Assembly: GCA_902618245.1 (NCBI GenBank)
Contig: CACMZR010000001.1
Span: forward strand, 213,507 to 277,506
DNA length: 64,000 nt
DNA from: an uncultured Bacteroidota bacterium
GTDB lineage: Bacteria > Bacteroidota > Bacteroidia > Flavobacteriales > Flavobacteriaceae
Reading direction: 5' to 3'
Of the stretch, positions 18,501 through 28,312 are shown piece by piece. Each line of letters starts with the position of its first letter. Within the stretch, counting starts at the first letter, position 1. The translations under genes and the position numbers were made by a program. Under the pieces are notes generated by a model. It searched no databases. It was not told the origin of the DNA and saw only the letters and a program-made list of their open reading frames with translations.

Positions 18501-19913
18501 ATGGAAAAGCAAATGATGTACATATTTCCAAATAAAATAAAAAAAATAGCAATCGCTTTTATGATTGTAGGTTTTTTTGGTTTGGCTTATGGATTTCTGA
18601 GTGCACCAAAAACCATAGAGGAATCTAAAGCTATGATTGAAGCGAACCATGTTGATCATCATGGTGCAGAACATGATGAAGATAATTTAAAATCATATGG
18701 AACTTCAACAATTAGTGAAGGTTCAAAAAATCATCACAACGATGAACTATATTCAAATTTAGACACAAATCCAAATAATACAGAAACCCACAATGAAGGC
18801 CATGGAGATGCACATGACAAACATGTTTTTCATCAACTTGCAAATAAGCCTTGGGCTGCTTTTTATGTTTCTGCATTTTTCTTTTTTATGGTATCGTTAG
18901 GGGTGTTAGCATTTTATGCCATCCAACGTGCTTCTCAAGCGGGTTGGTCACCTGTACTTTTTAGAGTTATGGAAGGAATTACAGCCTACATTTTACCTGG
19001 TGGCATTATTGTTTTAGTTATTTTATTTTTATCATCACTTCATTTAAATCATCTTTTTATTTGGATGGACCCTGAGGTTGTTGCTCACGATAAATTAATA
19101 GCAGGCAAGACCGGATATTTGAATACACCCTTCTTTTTAGCAAGAGCAATATTCTTTCTTGGGGGTTGGTCATTATATAGATTCTTTTCAAGAAAGTTTT
19201 CATTAGCGCAAGACAATGCTTCTGACATTTCAAATCATAAAAAAAACTTTAGAATTTCTGCAGCCTTTTTAGTATTCTATATAGTAACTGAATCAATTAT
19301 GTCTTGGGACTGGATCATGTCAGTGGACCCCCATTGGTTCAGTACTCTTTTTGGTTGGTATGTCTTTGCAAGCATGTTCGTATCTGGAATCACAGCCATT
19401 GCACTGATAACTATTTACCTAAAATCTAACGGCTATTTGGAATTTGTTAATGATAGTCATATCCACGACTTAGGGAAATTTATGTTTGGAATAAGTATCT
19501 TCTGGACTTATCTATGGTTTTCACAGTTTATGTTGATTTGGTATTCAAATATTCCTGAAGAGGTTACTTACTTTATTTCAAGAATAGAAGATTACAATTT
19601 ACCCTTTTTTGGAATGCTGGTGATGAACTTTATTTTCCCTTTGTTAATACTAATGAACAGTGATTACAAGCGTATAAATTATTTTATTGTAATGGCAGGT
19701 ATAGTAATAATACTTGGGCATTATATGGATGTTTTTAATATGATTATGCCATCTGCTGTTGGTGACAAATGGTTTATCGGGGTTCCCGAGATAGGAGGTT
19801 TTTTATTCTTTTTAGGATTATTTGTCTTTATAGTATTTAAAGAATTAACAAAAGCACCTCTTCTAACAACAGGAGATCCGTATGTTCAGGAAAGTAAAAA
19901 TTTTCATTACTAA
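18501..19913 (+). CDS. actF: Alternative complex III subunit ActF (second NrfD-like membrane subunit)
   Basis: 470 aa, polytopic, with a His-rich hydrophilic loop after TM1. Assignment rests on its position in the operon. Confidence 0.85.
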   Translation: MEKQMMYIFPNKIKKIAIAFMIVGFFGLAYGFLSAPKTIEESKAMIEANHVDHHGAEHDEDNLKSYGTSTISEGSKNHHNDELYSNLDTNPNNTETHNEGHGDAHDKHVFHQLANKPWAAFYVSAFFFFMVSLGVLAFYAIQRASQAGWSPVLFRVMEGITAYILPGGIIVLVILFLSSLHLNHLFIWMDPEVVAHDKLIAGKTGYLNTPFFLARAIFFLGGWSLYRFFSRKFSLAQDNASDISNHKKNFRISAAFLVFYIVTESIMSWDWIMSVDPHWFSTLFGWYVFASMFVSGITAIALITIYLKSNGYLEFVNDSHIHDLGKFMFGISIFWTYLWFSQFMLIWYSNIPEEVTYFISRIEDYNLPFFGMLVMNFIFPLLILMNSDYKRINYFIVMAGIVIILGHYMDVFNMIMPSAVGDKWFIGVPEIGGFLFFLGLFVFIVFKELTKAPLLTTGDPYVQESKNFHY

Positions 19914-19925
19914 TAATTAAAATAG

Positions 19926-20990
19926 ATGAATATAGTATTAGCATTTTCCATTCTTATCTTGATTGCAATAGCAATCTGGCAGGTGACTAAAATATTTGAA
20001 CTTTCTCAAGGAAAGAAAATATATACTCAAATTGCTGATGACAATGATAATAATTGGAATGGTAAATTGATGTTTGCATTTTTAATTTTTATCTACGGGA
20101 TTACTATTTTTTCTTTTGTTTCGTATGGGGATGTCCTGCTACCTCAGGCAGCTTCTGAACACGGTTCAGATTACGATAATCTAATGTGGGTTTCATTTGC
20201 GATTATCTTTTTTGTTCAAACGATTACACAAGCACTTTTGCATTATTTCTCCTACAAATACCGGGGCGAAAAAGGGAAAAAAGCATTATTTTACGCTGAC
20301 AATGATAAGTTAGAGGCAATTTGGACAATAATCCCGGTAATTGTTTTAGCAGGATTGATTTTAGTTGGCCTCTACACCTGGACAGATATCATGACAGTAG
20401 AAGAAAATGAAGATGCCTTAACAGTAGAGCTTTATGCCCAACAATTCAATTGGAAAGCCCGGTATGCTGGAGACGATGGTGTTTTAGGAGATGCTAACGT
20501 AAGGTTTTTACAAGATTTTGATGGGAAAAATTTGGTTGGAATTGATGCAACAGATCCAAACGGTTTTGATGACGTTGTAGTGCAAGAACTCCACCTCCCC
20601 GTGGGAAGAGAAGTAATCTTCAAAATGAGATCACAAGATGTTTTGCACTCAGCTTACATGCCATTTTTCAGGGCACAAATGAATTGTGTTCCAGGAATGA
20701 TAACTGAATTTGCATTTACACCAAATAAGACGACAGAAGAAATGCGTCAAGATCCTGATATTATTTCCAAAGTAAAAAAAATTAATAAATTAAGAGCAGA
20801 AAAAAGTAAAGAACTAATTTTAAATGGCGATGTCGCTTTAGACCCATATGAATTTGATTTTCTTTTACTTTGTAATAAAATTTGTGGTGCATCGCACTAC
20901 AACATGCAGATGAAAATAATTGTAGAATCAGAAGAAGAATATACCAAATGGATGTCTGAACAGCAGACCTTCGCAGAAGTAATTCAATAA
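19926..20990 (+). CDS. ctaC: Cytochrome c oxidase subunit II (CuA subunit, no fused cytochrome c domain)
   Basis: It has two N-terminal TM helices. The CuA ligands are visible in VLHSAYMP and CNKICGASHYNM. The protein contains no CxxCH motif. Confidence 0.9.
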   Translation: MNIVLAFSILILIAIAIWQVTKIFELSQGKKIYTQIADDNDNNWNGKLMFAFLIFIYGITIFSFVSYGDVLLPQAASEHGSDYDNLMWVSFAIIFFVQTITQALLHYFSYKYRGEKGKKALFYADNDKLEAIWTIIPVIVLAGLILVGLYTWTDIMTVEENEDALTVELYAQQFNWKARYAGDDGVLGDANVRFLQDFDGKNLVGIDATDPNGFDDVVVQELHLPVGREVIFKMRSQDVLHSAYMPFFRAQMNCVPGMITEFAFTPNKTTEEMRQDPDIISKVKKINKLRAEKSKELILNGDVALDPYEFDFLLLCNKICGASHYNMQMKIIVESEEEYTKWMSEQQTFAEVIQ

Positions 20991-21012
20991 TTAAACTAAA
21001 AAAAGTAAAGAT

Positions 21013-22800
21013 ATGTCAATAGCAGTAGCACACACAGAAGAGGATCACGGACATCATCATAAGGAAACATTTGTAACAAAATATATTTTTAGTCAAGATC
21101 ATAAGATGATCTCTAAACAGTATTTAATTACAGGTTTGTTCATGGGTATTATTGGGATAGCAATGTCTCTATTATTTCGTTTGCAATTAGCGTGGCCTGA
21201 ACAACCATTTGGCATTTTTGAAGTTCTACTTGGAAAGTGGGCACCAGACGGGGTAATGGACCCAAATGTTTACCTTGCCCTAGTCACCATTCATGGAACA
21301 ATAATGGTATTTTTTGTCTTAACTGCAGGTCTAAGTGGAACATTTAGTAACCTTTTAATTCCCTTGCAGATTGGAGCTCGTGATATGGCATCAGGATTGT
21401 TGAACATGATTTCTTTCTGGCTTTTCTTCCTCTCGAGTGTAATAATGGTTATGTCACTTTTTGTAGAAGCTGGACCAGCTGCTGCCGGATGGACAATCTA
21501 TCCACCACTTTCTGCTTTACCACAAGCTCAACCTGGTTCAGGTACTGGAATGACGTTATGGTTAGTATCGATGGCAATTTTTATTGCATCTTCTCTTCTA
21601 GGGTCACTGAACTATATAGTTACTGTGATTAATCTTAGAACTAAAGGAATGACTATGACTCGCTTACCTTTGACCATTTGGGCGTTTTTTGTCACTGCAA
21701 TAATTGGTGTTGTTTCCTTTCCAGTTCTTCTTTCAGCTGCTTTACTTTTAATTATGGATAGAAGTTTTGGTACCTCATTTTTCCTTTCAGATATATTTAT
21801 TCAAGGTGAAGTACTCCATTACCAAGGTGGGTCACCAGTTCTTTATGAACATTTATTCTGGTTTTTGGGTCACCCGGAAGTTTACATTGTATTACTTCCA
21901 GCTCTAGGCATAACATCCGAAATTATAGCTACAAACGCAAGAAAGCCAATTTTTGGTTATCGTGCGATGGTTGCGTCAATTTTAGCAATTGCATTTTTAT
22001 CTACCATTGTTTGGGGACACCATATGTTTATTTCGGGAATGAATCCATTTCTTGGATCTGTTTTTACCTTCACTACCTTACTTATAGCCATTCCTTCTGC
22101 TGTTAAGGCTTTTAATTACATTACTACGCTATGGAAGGGAAACCTTCAGTTAAATCCTGCAATGCTTTTTTCCATAGGATTAGTTTCTACTTTTATAACA
22201 GGAGGCTTAACAGGAATTATTTTAGGAGACAGCACTCTTGACATTAATGTACACGATACTTACTTTGTTGTGGCTCACTTTCATTTAGTTATGGGAATTT
22301 CTGCGCTATACGGATTATTTGCTGGGGTTTACCATTGGTTCCCTAAGATGTTTGGACGAATGATGAATAAAAATATGGGTTACTTTCATTTTTGGGTAAC
22401 AGCTATTTGTGCTTATGGTGTATTTTTCCCAATGCACTTTATTGGAATGGCAGGTTTGCCAAGACGTTATTACACTAACACTGCCTTTCCATACTTTGAT
22501 GATCTTGCAGATATAAACGTTTTAATTACAGTCTTTGCCTTAGTTGCTGGTTTTGCTCAACTTGTATTCTTGTATAACTTTATACACAGTATGTTTTATG
22601 GTAAGGAGACAGTTCAAAATCCATGGAGATCAAATACCTTGGAGTGGACAGCACCCATAGAGCATTTTCATGGAAACTGGAAAGGTGAGATCCCTCATGT
22701 ACATCGATGGGCATATGATTATTCAAAACCGGGACATAAAGAAGATTTCATGCCTCAACACATACCACTTCAAAAGGGAGAAGAAGAACTACAACATTAG
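21013..22800 (+). CDS. ctaD: Cytochrome c oxidase subunit I (haem-copper oxidase)
   Basis: 595 aa. Hallmark segments are HGTIMVFF, WFLGHPEVYIVLLPALG, WGHHMF and HDTYFVVAHFHLV. Confidence 0.97.
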   Translation: MSIAVAHTEEDHGHHHKETFVTKYIFSQDHKMISKQYLITGLFMGIIGIAMSLLFRLQLAWPEQPFGIFEVLLGKWAPDGVMDPNVYLALVTIHGTIMVFFVLTAGLSGTFSNLLIPLQIGARDMASGLLNMISFWLFFLSSVIMVMSLFVEAGPAAAGWTIYPPLSALPQAQPGSGTGMTLWLVSMAIFIASSLLGSLNYIVTVINLRTKGMTMTRLPLTIWAFFVTAIIGVVSFPVLLSAALLLIMDRSFGTSFFLSDIFIQGEVLHYQGGSPVLYEHLFWFLGHPEVYIVLLPALGITSEIIATNARKPIFGYRAMVASILAIAFLSTIVWGHHMFISGMNPFLGSVFTFTTLLIAIPSAVKAFNYITTLWKGNLQLNPAMLFSIGLVSTFITGGLTGIILGDSTLDINVHDTYFVVAHFHLVMGISALYGLFAGVYHWFPKMFGRMMNKNMGYFHFWVTAICAYGVFFPMHFIGMAGLPRRYYTNTAFPYFDDLADINVLITVFALVAGFAQLVFLYNFIHSMFYGKETVQNPWRSNTLEWTAPIEHFHGNWKGEIPHVHRWAYDYSKPGHKEDFMPQHIPLQKGEEELQH

Positions 22801-22881
22801 TCTATTAAGACAAGAAATGTTAGTGTATTAAATCTTAGTTGTTTTCTTTATTAAGCCTTTTCACAAGACCATGTGATTTGC

Positions 22882-22889
22882 TATATTTG
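22882..22889 (+). promoter_or_regulatory. Candidate -7 box (TATATTTG) only 5 nt upstream of the ruvB ATG
   Basis: This is an exact TAnnTTTG match in the 94-nt gap after ctaD. Confidence 0.4.
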
Positions 22890-22894
22890 AGAAA

Positions 22895-23914
22895 ATGAAT
22901 GAGCATTTAGATCCTACTGATAAGCAATTTTCCAAGGAAGATAACGAAATTGATAAAGCATTAAGACCCATCAGTTTTGATGACTTTGCTGGACAGGAGA
23001 GTATTTTAGAGAATTTAAAAGTTTTTGTTACCGCTGCTAAACAAAGGGAGGAGGCTCTAGACCATACTTTATTTCATGGGCCACCAGGATTAGGCAAAAC
23101 AACTTTAGCTCATATTTTAGCCAATGAATTGGAAGTGGGTATCAAATTTACCTCAGGACCTGTTTTAGATAAACCTGGGGACCTAGCTGGTTTATTGACA
23201 AATCTTCAACCTAGAGATATTTTATTTATCGATGAAATTCACCGATTAAGCCCTATAGTTGAAGAGTACCTATATTCTGCAATGGAGGACTATAAAATTG
23301 ATATTTTAATCGAGTCAGGACCAAATGCGAGAACTGTTCAAATTAATTTGGAGCCTTTTACTTTAGTCGGCGCAACTACACGTTCAGGCCTTTTAACAGC
23401 TCCAATGCGAGCCCGTTTTGGTATTAGTAATCGTTTAGAGTATTATTCCACTGAACTATTGGCTACAATACTTGAAAGGAGTGCAAACATATTAAGCGTA
23501 GAAATAAATTATGAAGCTGCAATTGAGATAGCTAGAAGAAGTCGAGGTACACCAAGAATATCAAACGGATTACTTAGAAGGATAAGAGACTTTGCACAGA
23601 TAAAGGGAAATGGGAAAATTGATAAGAAAATTACTCAATTTGGTCTAAAGGCACTCCAAGTCGATGCTTTTGGATTAGACGAAATGGACAATAAAATCCT
23701 AACCTCAATTATAGATAAGTTTAATGGTGGTCCTGTGGGAATCACAACCCTAGCAACTGCTGTTTCTGAAAATGCTGAAACAATAGAAGAAGTATATGAA
23801 CCCTTTTTAATACAACAAGGGTTTATTGTTCGAACACCAAGAGGTCGTGAAGTAACCATGCGAGCCTATCAACATCTTGGAAGAATAAAAAATAGTCAAG
23901 GAGGCCTTTTCTAA
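22895..23914 (+). CDS. ruvB: Holliday junction branch migration helicase RuvB
   Basis: Motifs present are [20 protein letters not shown] and RGTPRI. 339 aa. Confidence 0.97.
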   Translation: MNEHLDPTDKQFSKEDNEIDKALRPISFDDFAGQESILENLKVFVTAAKQREEALDHTLFHGPPGLGKTTLAHILANELEVGIKFTSGPVLDKPGDLAGLLTNLQPRDILFIDEIHRLSPIVEEYLYSAMEDYKIDILIESGPNARTVQINLEPFTLVGATTRSGLLTAPMRARFGISNRLEYYSTELLATILERSANILSVEINYEAAIEIARRSRGTPRISNGLLRRIRDFAQIKGNGKIDKKITQFGLKALQVDAFGLDEMDNKILTSIIDKFNGGPVGITTLATAVSENAETIEEVYEPFLIQQGFIVRTPRGREVTMRAYQHLGRIKNSQGGLF

Positions 23915-23931
23915 AGATCCAAATATTATTT

Positions 23932-24861
23932 ATGGATTCAAATATCCAAAACAACACAAAACTCATCAAAGATAAAGCTAAAGAACTTGGTTTTATTTCT
24001 TGTGGAATTTCAAAAGCTGATTTTTTGGAAAAGGAAGCACCTCGATTAGAAAAATGGTTGAATCAAAACCTTAATGGAAAAATGGCATACATGGAAAGAA
24101 ACTTCGATAAAAGACTCGACCCAAGACTACTAGTTCCAGATTCAAAAAGTGTCATTTCTCTTCTTTTTAATTATTATACCAATAAAAAACAGGAGGATAA
24201 CCAATCACCAAAAATTTCAACATATGCATTTGGAGAGGATTATCATTTTGTTATTAAAAGAAAATTGAAAGAATTAATGAATTACATTAAAAGTAAGATT
24301 GGTGATGTTGGAGGAAGAGTATTTGTTGATTCAGCACCTATTATGGAAAAGGCTTGGGCCTCAAAAAGTGGTTTAGGTTGGATAGGGAAGAATACAAATC
24401 TAATTTCAAAAAAAACAGGTTCTTTTTTCTTTATTGCAGAAGTAATTGTCGACTTAGAATTAGAATATGACAGCCCAACCACTGACCATTGTGGGAGTTG
24501 TACTAAATGCATTGATGCATGTCCTACCGAAGCCTTAATAGCACCTTATCAAATTGATGGTAGTAAGTGTATTTCCTATCTTACAATAGAGCTTAAGGAT
24601 CAAATACCAAATGAATTTAAAGATAAAATGGATAATTGGGCTTTTGGATGTGATGTTTGTCAGACTGTATGTCCTTGGAATCGATTTGCAAATGAGCATG
24701 AGGAAGAATCTTTTACTCCGAAAGAGGAACTTTTAAAAATGACAAAAAATGAATGGAATGAGATTACAGAGGAGGTTTTTGACAAGGTGTTTAAAAACAG
24801 CGCTATCAAAAGGACAAAATTTGATGGGCTTAAGCGAAATATCAAATTTCTTAAAAGCTAG
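23932..24861 (+). CDS. queG: Epoxyqueuosine reductase QueG
   Basis: The Fe-S motifs are [13 protein letters not shown] and [11 protein letters not shown], preceded by [12 protein letters not shown]. 309 aa. Confidence 0.9.
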   Translation: MDSNIQNNTKLIKDKAKELGFISCGISKADFLEKEAPRLEKWLNQNLNGKMAYMERNFDKRLDPRLLVPDSKSVISLLFNYYTNKKQEDNQSPKISTYAFGEDYHFVIKRKLKELMNYIKSKIGDVGGRVFVDSAPIMEKAWASKSGLGWIGKNTNLISKKTGSFFFIAEVIVDLELEYDSPTTDHCGSCTKCIDACPTEALIAPYQIDGSKCISYLTIELKDQIPNEFKDKMDNWAFGCDVCQTVCPWNRFANEHEEESFTPKEELLKMTKNEWNEITEEVFDKVFKNSAIKRTKFDGLKRNIKFLKS

Positions 24862-25098
24862 CGATTTAAGCTCAAAATATCAAAATCTTGAAATTAAAAC
24901 ACATTATATCATATTTTAGAAACCGTGTAAAAAGTCTGATTGTTTATCAGGAAATATAAATTCTTAAACAAAACCCTTAAAATATATGATATCGTCATTT
25001 TCTTAACAAAATATTAAGAAATTAAAAAAAACATTACTATAATTGTAGGTTGATTAAACGAAATCACAAAGAATTAATTAAAAATAATTTAAAACCAA

Positions 25099-28000
25099 AT
25101 GATGAAAAAAGAGTTCTTTAAGAAATTCTCATTCCTCTTCGCTTTTATGTTGAGTGTGGGAATTTTCGCTCAAACAGTTACGGGAGTCGTAACGAGCGAT
25201 GACGGTCCACTTCCTGGTGCTACTGTACTAGTTCAGGGGACGAATGATTTCGCCACAACTGATTTTGACGGTAACTTTTCAATCGAAGCAGCCCAAGGAG
25301 ATATCCTGATTGTTTCTTTTGTAGGTTATGAGACTCAAGAAGTTGCAGTTGATGGTGATAATTTAACCATAACAATGGCTCTAGGTAATCTATTAGACGA
25401 AGTTGTCGTAACCACTGGTTATGGTACGCAATCTAAAAGAGATATTACAGGAGCAGTATCAACAATAGAAGCTGATGACCTTACAGCAGTTCCTGCGACA
25501 ACATTTTCGCAGCAAATGCAAGGTAGAGCGTCTGGTATTTCTATTGTAAGTGATGCAACACCCGGAGGAGAAGCTACAGTTCGTATCCGTGGTTTCGGAA
25601 CAACTGGAAACAACGAACCACTTTACGTTATTGATGGTGTACCATCTAAGTCTCAAGGTAACCTTAACCCGCAGGATATTGAATCTTTACAAATTCTTAA
25701 AGATGCATCTGCGGCTTCCATTTATGGTTCTCGTGCGGCAAATGGTGTAATCATCATTACAACTAAAAAAGGTAAAGTTGGTTCTCCAACAATCCGTTAC
25801 AGTACATTCTACGGCTGGCAAACTCCAGAGAAGGACGTTGAGGCACTTGATGCGCAAGGTTTAGGTGAGTACCTATATCTTGCTGACTATTATGCAGGTA
25901 AAACTCCATCTCACGGTCAGTACGGATTTAGTGGAACACCAGAAAACCCACAGATTAGTATACCTAACTATGTTTTCCCTAGTGGAGCTAGTTCAGTTGA
26001 CGAATCTCTTTACTCATTAACTCCAGACAATATATACGCGATCACAAGATCAGCAGATACTAACTGGTGGGAGTTATTAACAAATAATAACGCTCCAATT
26101 CTACAACATCAAATAGACGCAAGTGGTGCTAATGAGAACTCTCAATATGCATTTAGTGCTTCTTATTTTAAACAAGATGCTGTTATTAAGTATCAAGGAT
26201 ATGAGAGAGCTACACTTCGTGTAAACTCTTCTACTAAGACATTTGGAGGTAAATTAGAAGTTGGTGAGAACTTATCATTAAACCTTGATAACAGAAAAGG
26301 TGGTTATGGAAACGACGGCGAGCAAAATGCTGTTTCTGGTTCATACAAGCACCACCCACTTCTTCCTAATTATGATATTGCTGGAAACTTTGCTGGTTCT
26401 AGGGGTCTAAACCTTGGTAACAACTTTAACCCTTACGCTTCTCAGTCTAGAAACCAAGACGACAGAGTTAGAAGAGCTAGAATGTTTGGTAATGCTTATG
26501 CACAATTAACAATTGCTGATGATTTCAAATTAAGATCAAGCTTTGGTGCCGACATTACAACAAACAGACGTGTTGACATTGGAAGACCTCAGCCTGAATA
26601 TGTTGAAGGTAACTTTATAAATAGTTCTAGAGCTGAGCAGAATTGGGGATATGAGTGGACATTTACAAATACTCTCTCATGGTCTAAGGTTATTGCTGAT
26701 GTTCACGACATTAGTGCTTATGCTGGTGTTGAGGCGATTCAAGGTTTTTCAGAATACTTCGGTGCTGCAAGAGAAAGATTCCCATTTGAAACTACCTCTA
26801 TTATTAGTTACCTAGATCTTGGTAACCAATCAACTGCTTCAAACTTTGGAAACATCTCTAAAGACTTCTCTTTATGGTCACAGTTTGCACAAGCTAACTA
26901 CCAGTACAACGAGAAATATCTTGCGACAGTGACTGTTCGTAATGACCAATCTTCAAGATTTAGACAAGCTTCTAACAGTGCATTTTTCCCAGCATTTAGT
27001 GTTGGTTGGAGGGTATCTGAAGAAGACTTTATGTCTGGAATATCTTTTATAGATGACCTTAAAGTTAGATACGGATGGGGTAAAACTGGTAACCAAGAAA
27101 TTGGAGACTATAATGCTTATACCACGTTTGGATCTGGTTCATATAACACAGGTTATCCAATTGATGGAAGTAATTCAGCAGCCACTCTAGGTTATGCTCC
27201 TAATACCTTTGGTAATCCAGCAGCAAAATGGGAGGCTACTGTTTCAAATAATATTGGTTTGGATGCAGCATTAGGAGGACAAAAACTATTTGTTGAATTA
27301 GACTTATGGAACAGAACTACTACTGACTTACTTCTTACTGTACCTGTTATTTATTCTGCAGGTGATGCTGGTGCTCCAGCTGTTAACATTGGTGAGATGT
27401 ACAACGAGGGTATTGATTTCGGACTTACATATGATGACAACTTTGGTGATCTTAACTTGTCTATTACAGGTAACATTTCTACTTATAGAAATGAAATACT
27501 TGCTTTAGATGAATTTTCTACACCAATCTTTGGATCTAACAGAAGGGTTCCTGCCTTAACTGTTACTCAAGTTGGTGATCCAATATCTTCACTATATGGT
27601 TTTGAAGTGGAAGGTATCTTCCAATCTCAAGCTGAAGCTGACGCTCACGCACCTTATGGTACAACAGGATATAACGCACCTGGTAAATTCAAGTATGCTG
27701 ATGTAAACAATGATGGTGAGATTAATGATGATGACAGAACTGTTATCGGTAATCCACACCCTGACTTTACATATGGTATAAACTTGAGTTTAACTTATAA
27801 AAATATCAATTTGACTGTCTTTGGAAATGGAGTACAAGGAAACGATATCTACAACTACGTAAGATACTTTGCTGACTTCAACACATTCCAAGGAAACAGA
27901 TCTACAAGAGCACTTAACGATGCTTGGCAACCAAGTAACCCGTCTGCTCCAAGATCTCAATGGACTGCTGCAAACCCCGATGCTACGTCTCCTATTATGG

Positions 28001-28293
28001 ATGCGAACGATCAGATTAGTAGTAGAACTTCTTCTTATTTAATAGAAGACGGTTCATATTTCAGATTGAGAAACGTACAACTTACTTATACATTTAGTGA
28101 CGCATTAAACGATACTCTAGGTATAAGTGGAGGAAACATATATTTCCAAGGTCAAAATCTATTAACTGTCACGAACTATTCTGGTCTAAACCCAGAAATT
28201 CAGACAACTAATGATATTCAATTAGGATACGACGGAGGATTTATGCCGGTTTCACGAACACTGACTGTAGGATTGAATCTATCATTATTTTAA
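25099..28293 (+). CDS. SusC/RagA-family TonB-dependent outer-membrane transporter
   Basis: 1064 aa. It has a signal peptide, a carboxypeptidase-regulatory-like domain (VTGVVTSDDGPLPGATVLVQGT) and plug segments QSKRDITGAVSTI and VRIRGFGTTGNNEPLYVIDGVP. There is no STN (anti-sigma signalling) domain. It sits directly upstream of a SusD gene. Confidence 0.95.
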   Translation: MMKKEFFKKFSFLFAFMLSVGIFAQTVTGVVTSDDGPLPGATVLVQGTNDFATTDFDGNFSIEAAQGDILIVSFVGYETQEVAVDGDNLTITMALGNLLDEVVVTTGYGTQSKRDITGAVSTIEADDLTAVPATTFSQQMQGRASGISIVSDATPGGEATVRIRGFGTTGNNEPLYVIDGVPSKSQGNLNPQDIESLQILKDASAASIYGSRAANGVIIITTKKGKVGSPTIRYSTFYGWQTPEKDVEALDAQGLGEYLYLADYYAGKTPSHGQYGFSGTPENPQISIPNYVFPSGASSVDESLYSLTPDNIYAITRSADTNWWELLTNNNAPILQHQIDASGANENSQYAFSASYFKQDAVIKYQGYERATLRVNSSTKTFGGKLEVGENLSLNLDNRKGGYGNDGEQNAVSGSYKHHPLLPNYDIAGNFAGSRGLNLGNNFNPYASQSRNQDDRVRRARMFGNAYAQLTIADDFKLRSSFGADITTNRRVDIGRPQPEYVEGNFINSSRAEQNWGYEWTFTNTLSWSKVIADVHDISAYAGVEAIQGFSEYFGAARERFPFETTSIISYLDLGNQSTASNFGNISKDFSLWSQFAQANYQYNEKYLATVTVRNDQSSRFRQASNSAFFPAFSVGWRVSEEDFMSGISFIDDLKVRYGWGKTGNQEIGDYNAYTTFGSGSYNTGYPIDGSNSAATLGYAPNTFGNPAAKWEATVSNNIGLDAALGGQKLFVELDLWNRTTTDLLLTVPVIYSAGDAGAPAVNIGEMYNEGIDFGLTYDDNFGDLNLSITGNISTYRNEILALDEFSTPIFGSNRRVPALTVTQVGDPISSLYGFEVEGIFQSQAEADAHAPYGTTGYNAPGKFKYADVNNDGEINDDDRTVIGNPHPDFTYGINLSLTYKNINLTVFGNGVQGNDIYNYVRYFADFNTFQGNRSTRALNDAWQPSNPSAPRSQWTAANPDATSPIMDANDQISSRTSSYLIEDGSYFRLRNVQLTYTFSDALNDTLGISGGNIYFQGQNLLTVTNYSGLNPEIQTTNDIQLGYDGGFMPVSRTLTVGLNLSLF

Positions 28294-28312
28294 TAATTAA
28301 TTATTTTGTAAA

